Shown in pieces: positions 23,903-38,125 of a DNA stretch of 64,000 nucleotides. This DNA comes from Bugula neritina. Its lineage: Eukaryota; Animalia; Bryozoa. The position numbers and the translations under genes were made by a program. The DNA lies in NCBI GenBank assembly GCA_964035545.1, contig OZ037766.1:28937673-29001672 (forward strand), in the 5' to 3' direction. Position 1 is the first letter of the stretch. Each line of letters starts with the position of its first letter. The notes under the pieces were generated by a model. The model had not been told where the DNA came from. It did no database searches and saw nothing but the letters and a program-made list of their open reading frames with translations.

Positions 23903-26900
23903 CTCTACCTTTTAAATGTAAATGAAAGACATGAAATCTACGAAATGAATTGTTGGTAATAAATTGATTACATTCCTTGTCTAAACTAATCCAATCAATG
24001 GAGAGCTTTTTATTGCTGCTATAGATCCATGAACATACGATAAATAGATTAAAGAAAGAGAATATAATTTCTTTTATCTTTTTTGTCATTCGACTCTCAA
24101 TTGAAAACTCAATGTTACTAGTTTGCATTTCAAATCAGATTATATATAATTATTTTGTGTTACATTTTTGTTATATTGCAAAGAAAACTTGTTAACCACT
24201 GTTTAAACTATAAATAAGTAAACCTAAATATATACCAAAACTTGCTTATACATAGCAACCCCAACCAGTGACCTATTGAAATATATTAGCACATTTAAAT
24301 TGCTAAAATATTAAAAATTTAACAGTTAACTTTATCATGTTTGTGGAAAAGCATTTGAATAACTTCAAGGTAGTTTATTTATATGTATGTGTATATGTAT
24401 ATGTATATTCATGCTAGAATGTAGATATGTGTTCACATAGGTAAATGTTGCAATTTTTTCACCAGTAAAAATGCTTTAAAAGATATTTTCGACAACACCT
24501 GCTATAAATTAGAGGTGGGCATAAGTTGAATTGAATATATATATATGCATGCATTTTGAAAAGTACAATAAGTTGCATAGCTACAGGTTAAGTAACACTA
24601 CGCAAAGCTATAGCAGAGAAAAAAGGTTGATTAAACAAAACCATAAAACTTAGCTGTAATTTCTTTCAACATCTGTGTACATGTATACAATGCCTGTACG
24701 TGTGTCTGCGTGTGTATTATATATGTGCATGCATACATGTGCACTTCTCTAACAAAGAGTTTGTAGCTGTTTTATGGAAACTAATTTTATGTTATACTCA
24801 AGAAAAACAATTCTGATTGCTTAATAAAAATTAAAAATACTGCCTGAAAAAGATGTAAACCTAATTTGCTCATGTAAACTGTGCTTTTAAGCTTGCAAAA
24901 CTTTTCTACGACAAAATTATATAACAATGTAACTATTCCATTACAAAAGACAGTTTATAAAATGTATACCCAAATGTTTTTATTTTTAGACTGTATATTG
25001 AGGTATTCAGTTTAAGAAGGAAGTTCCTGGTTCACATCAGCTCATAGAATAACTTATAATCATCAGTATTCAGTCACATTCAGTGTTATCTGATTCAATC
25101 ATCAGCTCTGAGTACAACTTTATTATCAGAATACAAAAAAAGAATTTAGTTGTTTTATATTAACTCATGTAAATTAACTTAAGGTATGCTTTACTTTTAA
25201 ATAGTTTCTCTTTTACCAGAATAATAAAAATATTTTATTCTCCTTATATAAACCCATGTTTTAGGTATGCTGAGTTTTTATGTCATTGCTCTTGTGACTA
25301 ATTTTTTTGATGGTAGGAAATAGCTGCATATTTAATTTGTAACAATATTACAATACTGCACACCATGGCACTTGCACTGTCATAAGTGTACAATAAGTGA
25401 GTGGTGAGTTAGTGAAATCTAAATATTGAATTACAGATAAATTTGCTGGTAGAACAGGCTGTGTTCTTTGACAGTGTCCAAGCTGGAACTCATAGACAAA
25501 GACTATATATGCTCAAAGATGAAGTTTTCTGCACCCAAACTAATTTAAATTTGTGCAGTTGATCATGGCTGTACTTATTTTTAGCATAATGTAATGCTTA
25601 GTATATAATACTGTTTGCTATTCAAAATAGCAAGTGGTAACTGAATGAGAAATGCATTTACCACATTGTCATATGCTATAACCATATTACAGTTGAATGC
25701 TATAAGTAGAATCAAGCAAAAATTTACACTTTATTTAAATTTGCCACAGTACATATGCACCTGAAATAATTTGCTTGCTTTAACTTCCTGCAGTAAGTTA
25801 TGAGGTGCTCAGAATAAAATTCAACAAGAACCGTCATTAAGTTTTCAAGGCCAAGAGTTGACTTTTCTGACATCACAACTGTCTGATTTCTGAATGCAGT
25901 ATAGTCCAGTTTGCGCAATGTGACGTTGAAGCTATTCGCTAGCATCTAGCAAAAAACTGGTTGAGAGTTCAGTAAGTATTCTGAACATTGCATTAGTGCT
26001 TATCTATGTGAGTCTGAATATTTCACAGCTTTGTTCCAGACTACAGAGTCAAAATAGTCTAAAGTTAATTTCTACAATGTCTAATATTGCCAACATATGT
26101 AGATTTACTTGGCATACAAAAACTGCTTAAGTCTAGACTTTCAAGTTATTAAAAATGAAAATAAATAGCGAAATTATATTTGCTAAAACTTGATTTAGTA
26201 TACCCATATTTTTTTAAAAGAATAGGATTATTAATTTTATCTTTGCTATATTTTTTACAAGCTGCAAGAAATGTTTTGAATGCAGCTTTTTAGCAAAATT
26301 AGACGACTGAGGTATATTTTGCTTTTATTTTGCTACTGAAAACTCATATATATTGTATTGTAGTTTATTAGTAGTATATCATTATAAACACAGTATATGA
26401 CACCATCCTTTGAGCAAACAGGCTCTCTTATTATAGCAAGCAAGGCATAAATCAAAGCACAATCTAAAGTCGCATTCATATCTTCACAGTCTCCAGTCCG
26501 AAACCCAATTTGGCCGAGTTGAAATTTTACTAAGTTGCATTGGACTCTAAAAGCTTTTTGCTACTGACCAGAATTAGCACTCAACTGATATCTGCTATAG
26601 CCAATAACTATAATATTCTAGTTGATTGGTAATATATCAATATATACTTAGCATGATGTGGCATCATCCGTTAAACAGGATGAAATGATAGAAGGCTTCT
26701 GTGTAACGAGCAAGGTGTAAACCAAAGCGCAATCAATCTAAAGAGAATGTGTGGTGTGAGCAAGTTAGAGTCAAGGTAGAACCAATGAACATATTTTAGA
26801 TTATCTTACTCAGAATTTAATTCTATAACAATGACTCCACAAAACGTGACATAGCCTTTGCTTTTGTGAAAATCACTCTCCTTATATATTATAATGCACA

Positions 26901-27310
26901 ATACTGTCATTAAATTGTGTGTATTAAAGCCTAGTGTAGTGTATGAGCTACATTCTGTAAAATTAAAGTAAACAAAAATAAACGTATTATTAACAAGGCT
27001 TATAGCCACTTTCTTCTTCAGTTAAGGGGTTTTTAATTAGGAATCTATTGTACCAAAATTAAAGATTTGATTAATACAATTTTATAACAGAGTAAGTAAA
27101 TTAAAGAAAATAGAAATTTATAAATAGTGCAGCTTGAAAATTTATTTTGCTTCGCAATTTAAATAGTTTCTCAACATAAATTATTTAAAAATGTTATTCT
27201 TACAAAAGCTTTATAATAAAATACAATAAAATATGTTAGTCATACATTTTAGTATTAGATTGAAAAATCAATGGTAGCACACTATTCTACTTTTGTTAGC
27301 ACAAAGCTAT

Positions 27311-30088
27311 TTACTTAGAACAAACAACACAAGTAAGCTGTTTGTTTGCATCATATGGTGTACATTGTCCAGTAGTTCCCTGCCCTGAACAATCAGTTCT
27401 GACAAAGTAGAACAGAGCTCCATCTGAATTACTACTCATCCCTGTGAGGTACTCAGGATACTGATCTACACACTCATATGTAGCTGGATGGGCATGGATA
27501 TCACGCTCAGTCATTAGGTAACCTAAAAAGTATATAGAGGGAAGTTGAACTCCACTGTAAATACTAATTATAGCAACATTATATCTTTGTATGTTGTGGC
27601 AAGTTATATCATAATTCTTTGCTAAATTTTATAGGATAGCACTACTTCACCAAGCATGGTAATGGCAAATACATGAGTGGCGTATATTTAGCTTTTCAAA
27701 CTCTAACCTATAAATAATTCATAAGAAGAACTTTAAAACAAGTTGGCAAGAAACTCACAAATTATGATTAAATGATCTTACGCATTGAATGTACTACTCC
27801 TAATAATAAGTTCAATAATTATAGTTCATAATTTCTAAAAGCAATGTCAACATTTAGTAGATTGTATATTAATTATTGCCAACTTTCAAGAAAAATTAAT
27901 CTCAATTACCTTCATACTCCTTTGTCCACCCAGATGGACAAGATCTCTTAGCTGGAATCATCATAAGAGCTGGTCTGTTCTCTGTATAACATCTGGCACA
28001 TGGTACATTTTGGTTAAAGGTTGAAGTTGAAAAGATTCCATAACTATAAGATTGATATTCTGCACCATTTATAGCAGAGCCTCTAAACTCGCCATTAGTG
28101 TAAGCTTTGTTATATTGTGGATCAAAGGGCATACACTGGTAGTTAACTCCACCTCCAGTTTTTCCAGAATATTCACCACCAGCGAATCCTGACAAAATAT
28201 AACTGTCTTAATGGTATAAATGGTTGTACATATCATTAGTAAACATTACCTAATCAGTTTAACACTTAATTAGTTAGTTTACTTTGTGCTTAATAGCTAG
28301 TACGCTACTTAGAGGTAATAGCTGATCTATATTATTGTCATATTTTTCATATATAACTAAACTGTGATGTAAAATTATAATGATCAAATTCACCTTCATA
28401 AAGTACAGTTGATTGAGAGCCACAAGACTTTCTTCCCCATCTTACATAAACAACACCTCCTTCAACATGTGCCACATTGCCTGGAGCACCTTTTACTCCT
28501 TTCATGCCAGAAGCACCTTTCATTCCTTTAGGACCAGCTGCACCTGTAGCACCTTTTATGCCAGGATTCCCATTTTTTCCAGGTATTCCAGAAGCTCCTC
28601 GAGTTCCATTGACACCAGGCAAGCCAGAAATACCAGGTGATCCTAAATCTCCTTTAGCTCCTTTAAACCCAGGAACCCCTGTTGGACCTGTAAGTCCGGG
28701 ACTACCGGGTAATCCATCTCTTCCTATTTATTAAAAGTAACTAAAAGCTGCAGTTATACGCAGAACAGTATTCGCTAAAATGACATATAGGACACTTGTA
28801 ATCTGATGTAAATTTTAATTGATGAGTTAAGTTTCTCTCACCTTCACGACCATTTGCACCATCTTTACCATCATCTCCATCGCTACCATCTCTACCATCT
28901 CTACCATCTCTACCATCTTTACCAGAAACACCTCTAACCCCTAACACACATTGAGAACACATGATGACAAAATTAAGAATATAGCCTTTTAATGTCCTAC
29001 ACGTGTTAATGCATATAGCACCTTTAATGTGAAAATACAAGTCCTTGCAACAGCATGGAATTTTACAAAATTTAGGTCTTACAAACATTTACAGCCGTAT
29101 TATTCAATAAAAAATACAAACACCTACAAACTCAGTATTCACTAATATTCTTGGAAATACAATAAATTATGCAACTGGTAGTGGTTAAGTGCATGGTTCA
29201 TATAGTATTATTGGCTGCGCTAGCAATAGCTCTCATATTAGTAGCATCAGTACAAATAGTATTTATAGTAGAAGTGATAGTGGTAGTGGTAGTGGCAGTG
29301 ATAGTGGTAGTGATAGTGGCAGTGGTAGTGGTAGTGATAGTAGCAGTAGTAGCTGTGGTGGCAACATGAGCACCTATAAATTATAAAAGTCAAGTTTTTA
29401 CCGAAAATACAAAACCGAAAACTTTTTTCCGTCACTTTCACTAAAACTTTTCGTTTTAGGCAATTCTCCAGTCAACAGCTTGAAAAAAAAGAAAATGTAG
29501 CAGATAGAGCTGTCACTTTATACTTAAATCTACTCATTGAGTACATTATTATATGCATGCATTGTATTTTATATATTATTGTATAGTATTGCATGTTATT
29601 GTAGTAAATAAAATAGCAACACCGCACACATGAAGTCTTTATAAAGCTTCCAAACCCCTTTCTGACAAATAAATACAAAATTTAAATGTTTAAAGTATTC
29701 TTTGAGTAAAATATAATTACTTCTTGAGAGCTCTAGGCAATCCCAAAACAACTATAGCTGATATATAGTTCTAACTTACAGCTTTGAGTAAGGAGTAAAC
29801 TGTTGCTTGTAACTCTACAATAGTTTTCTGTTGAGTTTCAGATTCTTGCTGTTGAAGCTCTAATTCTTGCTGTAAAGCTTTATCTTTTAGCTGTAAGACT
29901 TCAACTTGCTGCTGTAAAACTCTCTTTTGTTGCTGATGCGTTTTGTTCTGTTGTTTGAGAATAACAATCAGTTCTTCTCTTTGCTCTGCCAGCAACTCTC
30001 TAACACCCTCTACATCATAACTTCCAACACCAGTTGAGTATCCAATCAGAGAACAGAGTGTGACCAAAGTTACTACTGGAACACGCAT
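27311..30088 (-). pseudogene. Short-chain collagen C4-like copy C1; frameshifted
   Basis: Exons 30088-29780, 29478-29402, 28940-28842, 28723-28394, 28188-27910, 27522-27311. Exon 2 is 77 nt instead of 91 nt (lacks CTGGAACAAATATG, a 14-bp deletion near 29410), which shifts the frame before the collagen region. Confidence 0.82.
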
Positions 30089-30527
30089 CTTTTATGGTGT
30101 TCTTTTACCAAAACTTTTATGAAATCAAAGCACAAGGACACATTCGAACTGTCTATAACACTTTCTTCTCGGGACCTCGTTTAGTAAAGCCTTCTGACTC
30201 ACCTCTAGCACACTATGATTAGAAACAGAGTTTATACAACTTTAATATTCACGAAGAGCCAATGATTAAGTCACATCTGTTAGCTGGACCCAGCTGCTGT
30301 GTAATCAATCTCTCTACTTTATTCAGTTTGCTCATGAGATAGGAATAAGTCTTTTGTTACATTATTATAAAATATACATTTTATTGCCATTTGGTTTTGT
30401 ACTGTACCTATTATCTTTCCAAAATAATACACAGTTTCTTCTTTTTTATTTAATTTGAATAATTTGCTCTTTAATTTTTAAACTGAAAATACTTGTTCAA
30501 AGATTCTGGTTGCTTATAGGATTCTTA

Positions 30528-30790
30528 TATACATTGTTATTGTCTACTATCACTATAATATTGTTATTGTTTACTATCATTATATTGTCATTGTTTACTA
30601 TCAATATATTGTTATTGTTTACTATCACTATATTGTTATTGTTTACTATCAATATATTGTTATTGTTTACTATCACTATATTGTTATTGTTTACTATCAC
30701 TAAATTATTATTGTTTACTATCACTATATTGTTATTGTTTACTATCACCATATTGTTATTGTTTACTATCGCTACCCTGTTATTTTTTAT
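30528..30790. repeat. 24-bp minisatellite (ACTATCACTATATTGTTATTGTTT)n upstream of C-type genes
   Basis: About 11 units here, ~4 at 41388-41500, ~11 at 51836-52090 and ~9 at 62927-63130, with a degenerate version at 19752-19860. Source of the IVIVNNNN ORFs. Confidence 0.93.
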
Positions 30791-31644
30791 CAATATTATA
30801 GGCCTACTATAGTTTTCATTTGGCTATTTTGTTATTTTCTGGCACTTGGTGATGCACTTTATTTTTGATTATGAACGTCATCACTATAGCTTTAAAACTT
30901 TGTTTTACTTATAGAATGTGTACCATAACTTATAGCTGCACATTAAACTTATTATTTTTATAAAGTCACACGCCTAACCCAACACCTAACCAACCTAACC
31001 TTAACCTACCCCCTCCAACTTTGGTGTAAAGAAGAAGTTATTAGAATTCCCTTTGACATCAGTATTTATATATTTGAAAAACTCAACATTCTGATCTTAT
31101 CATCTCATAGAAAAACTCAGTTTAAGAATTTTTTATAGACTGTATATTGAGGTATTCAGTTTAAGAAGGAAGTTCCTAGTTCATATCAGCTCATAAAATA
31201 ACTAATAATCATCAGTATTCAGTCACATTCAGTGTTATCTGATTCAATCATCAGTTCTGAGTACAAGTTTATTATCAGAATAATAGAAATATTTCATTTT
31301 TTTTAAGTAAACTCATGCATACTAATTTTAGGTATGCTTTGCTTTTATGTCATTTCTCTTTTACCTAAATTTTTTTATAAAAAGCAGTACCAGCTTTTAC
31401 TTACTAACAGCATCCCAGCTGTTTTATTTGCTTTTTTCTATGAGAACTAAAATGTTTTACAATAAAAATATATTACACTTTTTATTGCGACTAAAGTTAT
31501 AGATAATGTTGTGGCTGAGATAACATTTTGTGTAATATAAAATGATATATTCTGATGAAGTAGTGAAAAATTGAAAGCCAATGTCACAGACTTCATTGCT
31601 TACAAGTGATAGAAACTGTTGCACTTTTGCAATAGCAAGCCTGC

Positions 31645-32656
31645 TTATTTAGAACAAACAACACAAGTTAGCTGCTTCTTGTCATCATATGGTGGACAGT
31701 GTCCAGTAGTTCCCTCTCCAGAGCAATCAGCTCTGATAAAGTAAAACAGAGCTCCATTTGTATTACCACTCAGTCCTGTTATGTACTCAGGATTTTGATC
31801 TACACACTCATATGTAGTTGGTTTATGATCATGTCTTGAAGTCATAAGGTATCCTGAAAACACAAGCATATAAAACATTTTAAAGGAATTTAGACATGGG
31901 CAGTTTCTGTGAGCTTAAAGCAGTCAATAATGTGCCAGCCGGCAACAATGAAACTAGTAGTTGATATTATGTAATATAAACCTATAATCACACCATTGTC
32001 TATACTACCATCTTCTATACATACATTTCTAATTATCTGCTGCTATAGAGCTACAGTACCTTCATATTCTTTTGTCCACCCAGATAAACAAGATCTCTTA
32101 GCTGGAATCATCATAAGAGCTGGTCTGTTCTCTGTATAACATCTGGCACATGGTACATTCTGGTCATGAGCTGTATTAGAGAATATTCCATAATGTCTTT
32201 TAGATTGATATTCTGCTCCGCCCATGAAAGAGCCAGAAAAATCATCACCAGTGTACACTCTGTTATACTGTGGGTCAGGGGGCATGCATTGGTAGTTGAC
32301 TCCACCTCCACTGTGGGTATAATGTGATCCTCCAGCAAATCCTGTATGTTTACAAATGTAAAAACATAATGTGTTTGGGTGAATGTGAGTGCATGTGTGT
32401 ATGTATGTGTGTGTATGTGTGTGTATGTGTGTGCATGTATGTATGTGTGTATGTGTGTGTATGAGTGTGTATGATGTGTATGGTGTGTGTATGTGTGTAT
32501 GTTTGTATGGGTGTATGTATGTGGGTGTATGTATGTGGGTGTATGTATGTGCGTGTATGTGTGTGCATGTATGTATGTGTGCATGTGTGTGTATGTGTGC
32601 ATGTGTGTGTCTGTGTGTGTCTGTGTGTGTATGTGTGTGTATGTGTGTGTATGTGT

Positions 32657-32719
<63 letters not shown>

Positions 32720-34677
32720 CGCGTGCGTGTGCAGTTGTTTTCAACACCCAACCTTTATATAATAAAGTTGATTCTGCAATGCAGCTAGTTCTTCCCCATC
32801 TTGTATAAACAGCACCTTCTTCAACTTTATCAGATGGTGAACCTTTGATACTCTTTTCTCCTTTGCTCCCTGTTAAACCTTTCAAACCAACTTGTCCAGG
32901 TAATCCTGCTCTGCCAGTGGCTCCTTTTTGTCCAACAGCTCCTTTTGTTCCTTTCAGGCCTGGTGCACCAACTTCACCTTCTGAGCCTTTATCTCCCTTT
33001 AAACCTTGAGAACCGGGAAATCCAGCATTTCCAGGTAAACCAGTAATACCCACATCTCCTTTGAAACCCTTTGGACCCATTAAGCCAGGTGCACCAGGAA
33101 CTCCATCTCTGCCTGTATGAAGCAAAGCTTAATTCAAAAGTAAAACCTACAGGAACGGATTTCCTTAAATACTTACACTATGTTGTCTGTTATGAGAACA
33201 GCAACACTAAACTATTACCCACCACTAACACTGAGATATACTACGTACATGCATGTATCTTACCATCACGACCAGCAGCTCCATCTCTTCCATCTCTGCC
33301 ATTGCTACCATCTTTACCACTCAACCCCCTAACACCTTAAAAGCAAAGTATGCATGATATATTATAGGTCGCTGCTTTCTCACTTTTTGAAAGCAAACCA
33401 ATGAATTAATGCGTCATTCAAAACTGTGCGAATAACAGCTTTTGCAAAATTATACTCTAGAGCTTGAATAAATACAAATATAATTAAAATTGGGGTGCAT
33501 GAAGGTGCAATTAGGCTTACTTTAGTTTGGATGAAAAACTTTGAACAAATATGTTCAGGACAATTTGAAAAAAACTTTTACAAATTTAAGCAAATCACTT
33601 TCTAAACTATGTTTACCAAAGATGCAAATTTTCTCAACCAAATCACTTAAATCTCCTTCTTTTGGTCTTTCAATGTTTGTTTCTTTTGGCAATTTTCCAG
33701 TCAATAACTAAAAAAACAGATTGTATTTCAGTAATCATATTCTTGCGAGTGCAAATTTTTCTAAAACTACATCTATAGTAACACAATATAAGTATTGTAT
33801 TATCTCATAATACACAGTGTCTTGTAGCATTTCAATTTTTTTCTCTTGCAGTTCTATCTGCTGCTGCTGGGCTTCTGTCTGCTGTTTGACAACTTCAAAT
33901 ATTGTTGCTTCCAGCTTTTGCTGTTGCTCTTCTAATAACTTTTTAAATTCTTCCCCATTTCCACTGACCAGATTTGCAGGTAAGCAAGCGAGTAATAAGA
34001 TGCAGAGTGCAGTTACTAAAAATATTATAAGTAGATAACCAAATGAGTCATACATAGAACTGTTATACATTACATTTTGTAAGTTGACATATAATACTTG
34101 TATAGCAATTTAATTATGTTAAATTCTAGTTATATTATAATTGCAATTTGTATAACAAATTAAAAAGCATTACTTTATTAGGATTTGAAATACTTTACAT
34201 AAGATATTTTATTGGCATTGCTACATTTTTATTCCATTCATTTTGTTAAAGTTTACATTATAGTTCAAAGCAGAATAATCTAAAATACTGCAACCATGCA
34301 TATTTGTAGGATTATATTACATAGTTTTTCCTCAACTATATTGCTAAGAGCCTAATAGCAAGAGCAGGACATAAACATTAATGTTATTTATAGCATCACA
34401 GAAATTGAGTCTAATCTTTTCATTCCTTATAAACAATTCATTACTTTTATCAGTCTTAGAAATGTATGTATATTACTAAATATTAATTCTTACCTATCTC
34501 AATTTTGTCCTGTTTGAGTAGCAGGACTACCAAATATTAATACTCAATCAATATTCATCAATGAAAACAACTAGATTAAAAGTAATAATTTAAATGTTTG
34601 TAGCAGCTACTGAACTGTCAGCTTTTAAATAGAAGATGGAAACATCCATTCTTACCTTCAGAATAAGAAACCTTCAT
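31645..34677 (-). pseudogene. Short-chain collagen C4-like copy B2; exon-2 donor deleted
   Basis: Relative to B1, a ~332-bp deletion at ~33810 (AAT microhomology) removes the SLLNA codons and the GTAAGT donor, so the reading frame runs into a stop at 33735. There is also a Gly->Ser change in the triple helix (GEKSIKG). Confidence 0.75.
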
Positions 34678-37600
34678 CTCTATCTCTTAAATGCACATGG
34701 CAGATGCGAAATCTATAATGAAATGAATTGTTGGTATATAATAAATTGGTTACATTCAAATTGTCTAAACTAATCCAATCAATGGAGAGCTTTTTATTGC
34801 TGCTATAGATCCATGAACATACGATAAATAGATTAAAGAAAGAGTATATAACTTCTTTTATCTTTTTTGTCATTCGACTCTCAATTGAAAACTCAATGTT
34901 ACTAGTTTGCATTTCAAACCAGGTTATATATTATTTTGTGCTACATTTTTGTTATATTGCAAAGAAAACTTGTTAAACCACTGTTTAATCTATAAATACA
35001 TAAACCTAAATATATACCAAAACTTGCTTATACATAGCAACCCCAACCAGTGACCTATTGAAATATATTAGCACATTTAAATTGCTAAAATATTAAAAAT
35101 TTAACAGTTAACTTTATCATGTTTGTGGAAAAGCATTTGAATAACTTCAAGGTAGTTTATTTATATGTATGTGTATATGTATATGTATATTCATGCTAGA
35201 ATGTAGATATGTGTTCACATAGGTAAATGTTGCAATTTTTTCACCAGTAAAAATGCTTTAAAAGATATTTTCGACAACACCTGCTATAAATTAGAGGTGG
35301 GCATAAGTTGAATTGAATATATATATATGCATGCATTTTGAAAAGTACAATAAGTTGCATAGCTACAGGTTAAGTAACACTACGCAAAGCTATAGCAGAG
35401 AAAAAAGGTTGATTAAACAAAACCATAAAACTTAGCTGTAATTTCTTTCAACATCTGTGTACATGTATACAATGCCTGTACGTGTGTCTGCGTGTGTATT
35501 ATATATGTGCATGCATACATGTGCACTTCTCTAACAAAGAGTTTGTAGCTGTTTTATGGAAACTAATTTTATGTTATACTCAAGAAAAACAATTCTGATT
35601 GCTTAATAAAAATTAAAAATACTGCCTGAAAAAGATGTAAACCTAATTTGCTCATGTAAACTGTGCTTTTAAGCTTGCAAAACTTTTCTACGACAAAATT
35701 ATATAACAATGTAACTATTCCATTACAAAAGACAGTTTATAAAATGTATACCCAAATGTTTTTATTTTTAGACTGTATATTGAGGTATTCAGTTTAAGAA
35801 GGAAGTTCCTGGTTCACATCAGCTCATAGAATAACTAATAATCATCAGTATTCAGTCACATTCAGTGTTATCTGATTCAATCATCAGCTCTGAGTACAAC
35901 TTTATTATCAGAATACAAAAAAAGAATTTAGTTGTTTTATATTAACTCATGTAAATTAACTTAAGGTATGCTTTACTTTTAAATAGTTTCTCTTTTACCA
36001 GAATAATAAAAATATTTTATTCTCCTTATATAAACCCATGTTTTAGGTATGCTGAGTTTTTATGTCATTGCTCTTGTGACTAATTTTTTTGATGGTAGGA
36101 AATAGCTGCATATTTAATTTGTAACAATATTACAATACTGCACACCATGGCACTTTTACTGTCATAAGTGTACAATAAGTGAGTGGTGAGTAATTAGTGA
36201 AATCTAAGTATTGGATTTCAGATAAAGTTGCTGGTGGAATAGGCTGTGTTCTTTGACAGTGTCCAAGCTGGAACTCATAGACAAAGACTATATATATGCT
36301 CAAAAATGAAGTTTTCTGCACCCAAACTAATTTACATTTGTGCAGTTAATCACGGCTGTACTTATTTTTAGCATAATGTAATGCTTAGTATATAATACTG
36401 TTTGCTATTCAAAATAGCATGTGGTAACTGAATGAAAAATGCATTTACCACATCGTCATATGCTACCATATTACGGTTGAATACTATAAGTAGAATCAAG
36501 CAAAAATTTAGACTTTATTTAAATTTGCTACAGTATATATGCACCTGAAATAATTTGCTTGCTTTAACTTCCTGCAGTAAGTTATGAGGTGCTCAGAATA
36601 AAATTCAACAAGAACCGTCATTAAGTTTTCAAGGCCAAGAGTTGACTTTTCTGACATCATAACTGTCTGATTGCTGAATGCAGTATAGTCCAGTTTGTGC
36701 AATGTGGCGTTGAAGCTATTTGCTAGCATCTCGAAAAACTTGTTGAGAGTTCAGTAAGTATTCTGAATATGGCATTAGTGCTTATCTATATGAGTCTGAA
36801 TATTTCACAACTATGTTCCAGACTACAGAGTCAAAATAGTCTAAAGTTAACCACACAATGTCTAATATTGCCAACATAATATGTAGATTTACCTGGCATA
36901 CAAAAACTGCTTAAGTCTGGACCTTCAAGTTATTAAAAATGAAAATAAATAGCGAAATTATATTTGCTAAAACTTGATTTAGTATACCTATATTTTCTTA
37001 AAAGAATAGGATTATTAATTTTATCTGTGCTATATTTTTTACAAGCTGCAAGAAATGTCTTGAATGCAGCTTTTCAGCAAAATTAGTTGACTGAGGTATA
37101 TTTTGCTTTTATTTTGCTACTGAAAACTCATATCTGCTATATATTGTATTGTAGTTTATTAGTAGGCTAGTATATCATTATAAACACAGTATATGACACC
37201 ATCCTTTGACCAAAAAGACTTTCTTATTATAGCAAGCAAGGCATAAATCAAAGCACAATCTGAAGTTGCATTCATATCTTCACAGTCTCCAGTCCGAAAC
37301 TCAATTTGGCCGAGTTGAAATTTTAATAAGTTGCATTGGACTCTAAAAGCTTTTTGCTACTGACCAAAATTATCCCTTAACTGATATCTGCTATAGCCAG
37401 TAACTATAATATTTTAGTTGATTGGTAATATATCAATATATACTTAGCATGATGTGGCATCATCCGTTAAACAGGATGAAATGATAGAAGGATTCTGTGT
37501 AACGAGCAAGGTATAAATCAAAGCACAATCAATCTAAAGAGAATGTGTGGTGTGAGCAAGTTAGAGTCAAGGTAGAACCAATGAACATATTTTAGATTAT

Positions 37601-38125
37601 CTAACTCAGAATTTAGTTTTATAGCAATGACTCCACAAAACGTGACATATGCCTTTGCTTTTGTGAAAATCACTCTCCTTATATATTATAATGCACAATA
37701 CTGTCATTAAATTGCATGCTATAAAATTAAAGTAAACCAAGATAACATAAATTAACAAGGCTTAACCACTTTCTTCTTCAGTTAAGGGGTTTTTAATTAG
37801 GAATCTATAATGGTACCAAAAACCAAAGGTGTGATTAATACAATTTTATAACAGAGTAAGTAAATTAAAGAAATCAGAAATTAATAAATAGTGCAGCTTG
37901 AAAATTTGTTTTGCTTTGCAATTTAAATAGTTTCTCGACATAAATTATTTAAACATGTTATTCTTACAAAGAGCTTAATTATAATAAAATACAATAAAAT
38001 ATATTAGTCATAGCTACTTGACTTAACTGTCTTACATTTTAGTATTAGATTAAAAAATCAATGGTAGCACACTATACTTAATTAAAACTATAAACACTAT
38101 TCTACTTTTGTTAGCACAAAGCTAT

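Noticed and set aside
23883-24128. Recurrent 81-84 aa ORF MQTSNIEFSIES..
   Set aside because: It overlaps the B-type promoter and first exon out of frame with the real ATG (23902). It recurs only because of recent duplication and is disrupted in unit 3.
24990-25183. Conserved element read as a plus-strand host exon (ttag|ACTGT...AG|gtatgc; faint FN3-like reading)
   Set aside because: Every copy has in-frame stops in all three frames, and the acceptor is lost in the 20183 copy. At most it is a poison exon or a relic.
29190-29400. His/Tyr-rich read-through or Thr-rich alternative exon after C-type exon 2
   Set aside because: It derives from an intronic (ACT/ACC)n repeat. A Thr-rich exon would need a 28-nt intron, and the frame is not preserved between copies.
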